From Chrysomallon squamiferum (taxonomy: Eukaryota > Animalia > Mollusca), in assembly GCA_012295275.1 (NCBI GenBank), contig CM022665.1:39618001-39682000 (forward strand): DNA of 64,000 nt. The letters run 5' to 3'. Below, in pieces: positions 59,466 through 64,000 of the stretch; position 1 is the stretch's first letter; every line of letters starts with the position of its first letter. The translations under genes were made by a program, and so were the position numbers. The notes below the pieces were generated by a model that searched no databases, was not told the DNA's origin, and saw only the letters and a list, made by a program, of their open reading frames with translations.

Positions 59466-61149
59466 AGCTGGAATCTCTCACTAGACACAAAAACTGAACA
59501 CTTATTAAAATCACTAATCCAGACACGTGGATCCTGTTAATGCCAAGATAAGCACAAGCTCAAAAGAGACAGGTATAAAGTGAATTTGATTTATCACAAA
59601 ACAGGTTAATATTACAATCATCTTCTTGCAGTTTCTTCTTCGCTTTCACACGCTGAAAAGAAGAATGGATCGTGACTCTGAATTAAACAGTCGTTTTGTT
59701 AATAACGTCTTCCTTCAGTTTTGTGTGTACTCAACAGTGGCGAATAATCAAAGGAGCTGACGCACTGTTTTGTTACGTGAATCGAATAGCTTGCAGGAAC
59801 GTACGTTTATCAGAATTTCCTTTAATATATTATTTCAAAGTCTTTGTTCGGTAACTATGACTTTAATAATTTTCTAAACAATTATTATTATTTTTTTGTT
59901 TTCTTAATAATCTTTCCTGTATGGTTTGTTTGTTGTAAAATGTACCATATACACGTATGTATGTATGTATGTATATATGTTTGTTTGTTTGTTTGTATGT
60001 ATGTATGTATGTATGTATGTATGTATGTATGTATGTATGTATATATATTTGAACGTGCATAAACATATATATCTACCGAGTTATATATAAATACATTCAT
60101 GAAACTCATTCACTGTTTCATAATCATAAATATCATCAGCATCGTGATCATCATCACTAATGTCATCATCATACTTATCATCATAATTATCTGTTTACAA
60201 GGTTAGTGTCCATCGGTCAGTTTGTTTATTTTTTAAGTCCATCCTTCCGTCCATCCATCCATCTGTCTATCAGTCTGTCTGTCTGTCTCTCTGTCAAGTT
60301 ATTTATCTAAAATATCCTGGGATTTTTATTTTAAGCAATACTTATATATATATATATATTTGAATACCATTTCTATATTTCTTTTCACGTTTTCGTAAAT
60401 GCAATGATCTTTACGTCTTCAGACCCAGCTGAAGTTGACTCATTTTCACTGGATTTGTATTCATGGAGTTCCATTCCGCTCGACGTTTATTTAATTAAGT
60501 TCAGATGGACAGGTTTGTCTGCACACCACTGTTAACATTCATTAAATAACCCATGCTGAACACAAACATAACCATAACGTCCATAGAATATTGATAAAAT
60601 ATGTATTTTGATACACTTCGCCGGATCTCAAAAATTCTTTTCTTTTGATCTTTTTTTTGTCTGCTATGTTCTAGTGTTAATACGCAATAAATAAATTGTC
60701 AGATATTCTTCATCAGTGAGATTTTTTTTGTTTTTTTTTTTTTAAAAATTAAATAAAGATTCAATAGTTATTCGTGTTATAAGGTTCCTGTCATTCTAAC
60801 ACATAATCAGCAGATGTTTGTTGTCTCAGTATTCATAGGGCTGTCGGACAAACGCTGTATAAAATTCATATATTTTCGCAAATGTTGAGTAATATCTGTA
60901 TGCAGAAATTAATTAGACTTACAGATCTGGCTGATAGTGAATGCTATATGAACATTCCTATTTCAGAAATTATTAGGAAATTAATTAATTTGTGTATGAA
61001 TATTTGTTTAATGACACATCAGTGTGTTTTAATATTAAAGTATTTTTGGCCTTTTTTTTCTTCTTTTTTGTTTGTTTTAGCTCTCTGTCATATGTTTCTA
61101 GAAGGATGAGAAGAAATACGTATGGCAAAGGTTGTTTTACATTATACTG

Positions 61150-61530
61150 GAAAGCAAATTGCACGGCCTTCGATGACGCAGAATTAATTCTACACAAAAA
61201 AATCGAAAGACAAAGAAAGGCGCGCTTCGTGTAAATCGCGGTAACTGCCTCCGGTTTCTGAACAAGTCCTTTTTTTCAGGTTGTCTCGATAATCCTGTTG
61301 TTTTGTTTCGTCGTCCGCTCCAGACTCGAGTCTCGAGACTCGTCGACATTATCTGATTTATTTTTATTAGGTCATAACTAGACTTCGTCCTCCTGTGCCA
61401 GCGCGTTCCCGAATACAATACAGGTTTATTATAGTTAGAATCCGTTCAGGTATCTGACCTAGTGCTCACGTACGGAAGGGGAAATAACGCGAGACTGGGT
61501 TCGGTACGTTAAGGTAACGTCTACGGCTAA
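61150..61530 (+). promoter_or_regulatory. CpG-rich block ending in a possible splice donor (AAG|GTAACG, 61514)
   Basis: CpG-dense unique sequence; shares CTCCGGTTTCTG with the 34.7-kb block; contains a 16-bp palindrome at 61327-61342. Confidence 0.3.
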
Positions 61531-62171
61531 ACTTGTCTGTTGTCTGTGTGCAGAGTCTAACCAGACGAACAGATGAGAACAAAATTCATTTATATATATA
61601 TATATATATTCGCTGGTCGCTGTGATTAATTTGTATTGAACAAGTTTTTCTGGGGTTGTCTTCATAGCTGAATGACATCGTTTTGTCCTCGCTCAAATGC
61701 ATGAGATTTTTGGTCATACGTTTACGTAAAAAAAAATAAAAATAAAAATAAAAATAAAAATACATATATATATATATTCTGAATCTAATCCGACGTACTT
61801 AATACATACATCCATATCCCAGTCAAACACAAAAAACAAACATACCAAGTCATTAAAACATAGAGACGGGCATACTGTATCATTCCCTCCAAAGAAATCT
61901 AAAGGTTATACAAATTATTATTTATGTATCGCTATAAAAAGATACGTAACATCCTAAAGGTTATTTTCATTAAGTGCTGGACCCGTGGCTCCAGGGTGTT
62001 AGATCTGGAATAGCTGTGGCAATAAAACAAGAAATGTTGAAGGTTACTGCATTAGCAAATAATTATTGCCATGACAACAGCACCATATAACTGGTCATTG
62101 TCCACTGAGAGTTAAGAGTGCAAATGGACACCAGCCTAAACCGATTTATTTAATTGTTTCTTTCCAATGGC

Positions 62172-62290
62172 AAGATTCGTAAATGGATACCACGACCTTG
62201 AACGATTTGGAGTAAATGGATACGTTGACCTTGAATCGTATGGACTGACGGATACCTTGATCTTGAGAGATTCGGAGTCATGGATACTAC
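62172..62290. repeat. 32-33-bp degenerate tandem repeat, about 4 copies
   Basis: GGATAC cores at 62185, 62218, 62250 and 62282; the first three are followed by GAYCTTGA. Confidence 0.8.
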
Positions 62291-63314
62291 TTATATCAGT
62301 ACAGGGAGATTTTGGAAATCGTCTTCGTCATATCCGCTTGTGCAGCATTTAAAGTATGTTTTGAGATAAAAGTTTATCTATATAAAAACATTTATATAAT
62401 AAACCTTTTAAATTCAGACCATTTTATAAAACAAAGTGTTCTTTTAAATTCAGACCATTTTATATAAAACACCTGATAATTTTTTATTTGGTTCATGTAT
62501 ATTTTGCGAAACAGTCCCCTCCAAATCATATACTGTATTTGTTTATCTCTTTAAATATTTACATATTAATTAATTAATTGACATTTTTATTAATATATTT
62601 CTTAGACAAAGTCTTCAGCAGGACATCAACTTTAACTTTTCTCAAAATATTTGGTTAAAAAGAATATCTTCTTTTGTTACCATCTACAAGGAACATATAT
62701 ATATAAAAATTAAAAATTAAAATTAAAACAAAATTCATATGAAAAACAATAAACAAATTTCCTTTGAAGATCATTTCATCTTCAAATGGTAAAGAAGACT
62801 GACAAACAGAGATTTTTTTAACAAGCAGTATAATGATTATATTAATTAATTCTTTCAGTGTTTGTTTTTTGGTTTGTTCCAGCTTCTGTATGTTACAAGT
62901 ACAGAAAAAGACTGCATTTTCAATTTTAAGCTGAACTTTAGTCCATCTTTTATCCATCAAAGAACTTTTAATATTAACATTAACACATGTAGCATATACT
63001 ATTGCCATAGGCTTTTAATATCCTTGAACTGTGATTTCTTTCGAAAGTTTTGTTTAATATTTAATGTTGGGTGAAAAATAAGTTAAAAATGCAAGATAAA
63101 AGAAAACATGAAGACGAAAGAAAATTGAAAAATGACTTTATTGTAAAATTCATAAAGTTTTACACACATTTCCCTTTTCAAAAGACGTTTCTATTGCAAA
63201 CTATTGCCGGAACTTGTCTCGCCATTGCATTAAGGTCCAAGTGTATGCCGAAAACTAGGTCTCATTATGTAATAGTAACCAAAATTTACAACAAATAGCG
63301 ACGTGATAGTAGTA

Positions 63315-63365
<51 letters not shown>

Positions 63366-63427
63366 TTGACGACGATGATAATAATAATAATCATAAATTA
63401 ATTATTAAATGATGATAATAATAATAA

Positions 63428-63474
<47 letters not shown>

Positions 63475-64000
63475 TAATAGTAATAATAATAATAACAAAA
63501 ACAATAATAATAACAATAGGATTAGAAGAAGGAGAAAAACTAAATCAAAGACAAAAACAAAACAGTTGAAATGCACGAGACTACGATACGGAATGTTACT
63601 GATTTTGGAATTAATTTTTATTTGTTTAGTATTAATAACTTTTTTTTTTTGGAATTATTTTTTGGTTATTTATTAAAAAATTTTGGGAATGCATCTGCCT
63701 CGAAAAATTTTACAAATCGTTAATTCTCGATATTTCAAATTATACTTAAAAACGCTTTTAATTTTAGAACGCTTATAATAAAGAAATGCTGTAGGACGAT
63801 TTTTTGATTTTAGTTTTTAATTTTTAAACTTTTTATTTATTTAATTTTTTTTCATTATTTTTTAGGAAAACGCTAAAATGCTTTTATCGCCAATAAATTT
63901 AAAAAGCTTGAATTTGGCTTTCATTTAGAATGCAACTTTTGAATTTAATTCTGATTCTCTTTAATTACTCCTGAATGCTTTTAAAAAAATCTTAAAATGT

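Overview
AT-rich (roughly 30% GC by eye), microsatellite-dense eukaryotic DNA that looks intronic or intergenic. The repeat style suggests an invertebrate animal, possibly a mollusc (inference only). I recognise no protein-coding gene, rRNA, intact tRNA or CRISPR array, and nearly all listed ORFs are translations of simple repeats. The sequence does support: (i) three short non-autonomous hAT-like DNA transposons with terminal inverted repeats (TIRs) and decayed 8-bp target-site duplications (TSDs); two of them (29291-29514, 53512-53774) are the same family in opposite orientation; (ii) a 55-bp 5'-truncated retroposon tail flanked by a perfect 13-bp TSD (33412-33492); (iii) several tRNA-derived SINE-head fragments; (iv) minisatellites with periods of about 16, 25, 30, 32-33 and 40 bp; (v) CpG-rich, promoter- or enhancer-like blocks, one ending in a candidate first coding exon (34901-34929, MVNCSTVDS, GTGAGT donor); (vi) a heptamer, GCAGACG, that is strongly over-represented and strand-biased. 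I found no convincing novel multi-gene system. The best leads are the GCAGACG motif, a phased 30-bp CCAAT array and the candidate first exons.
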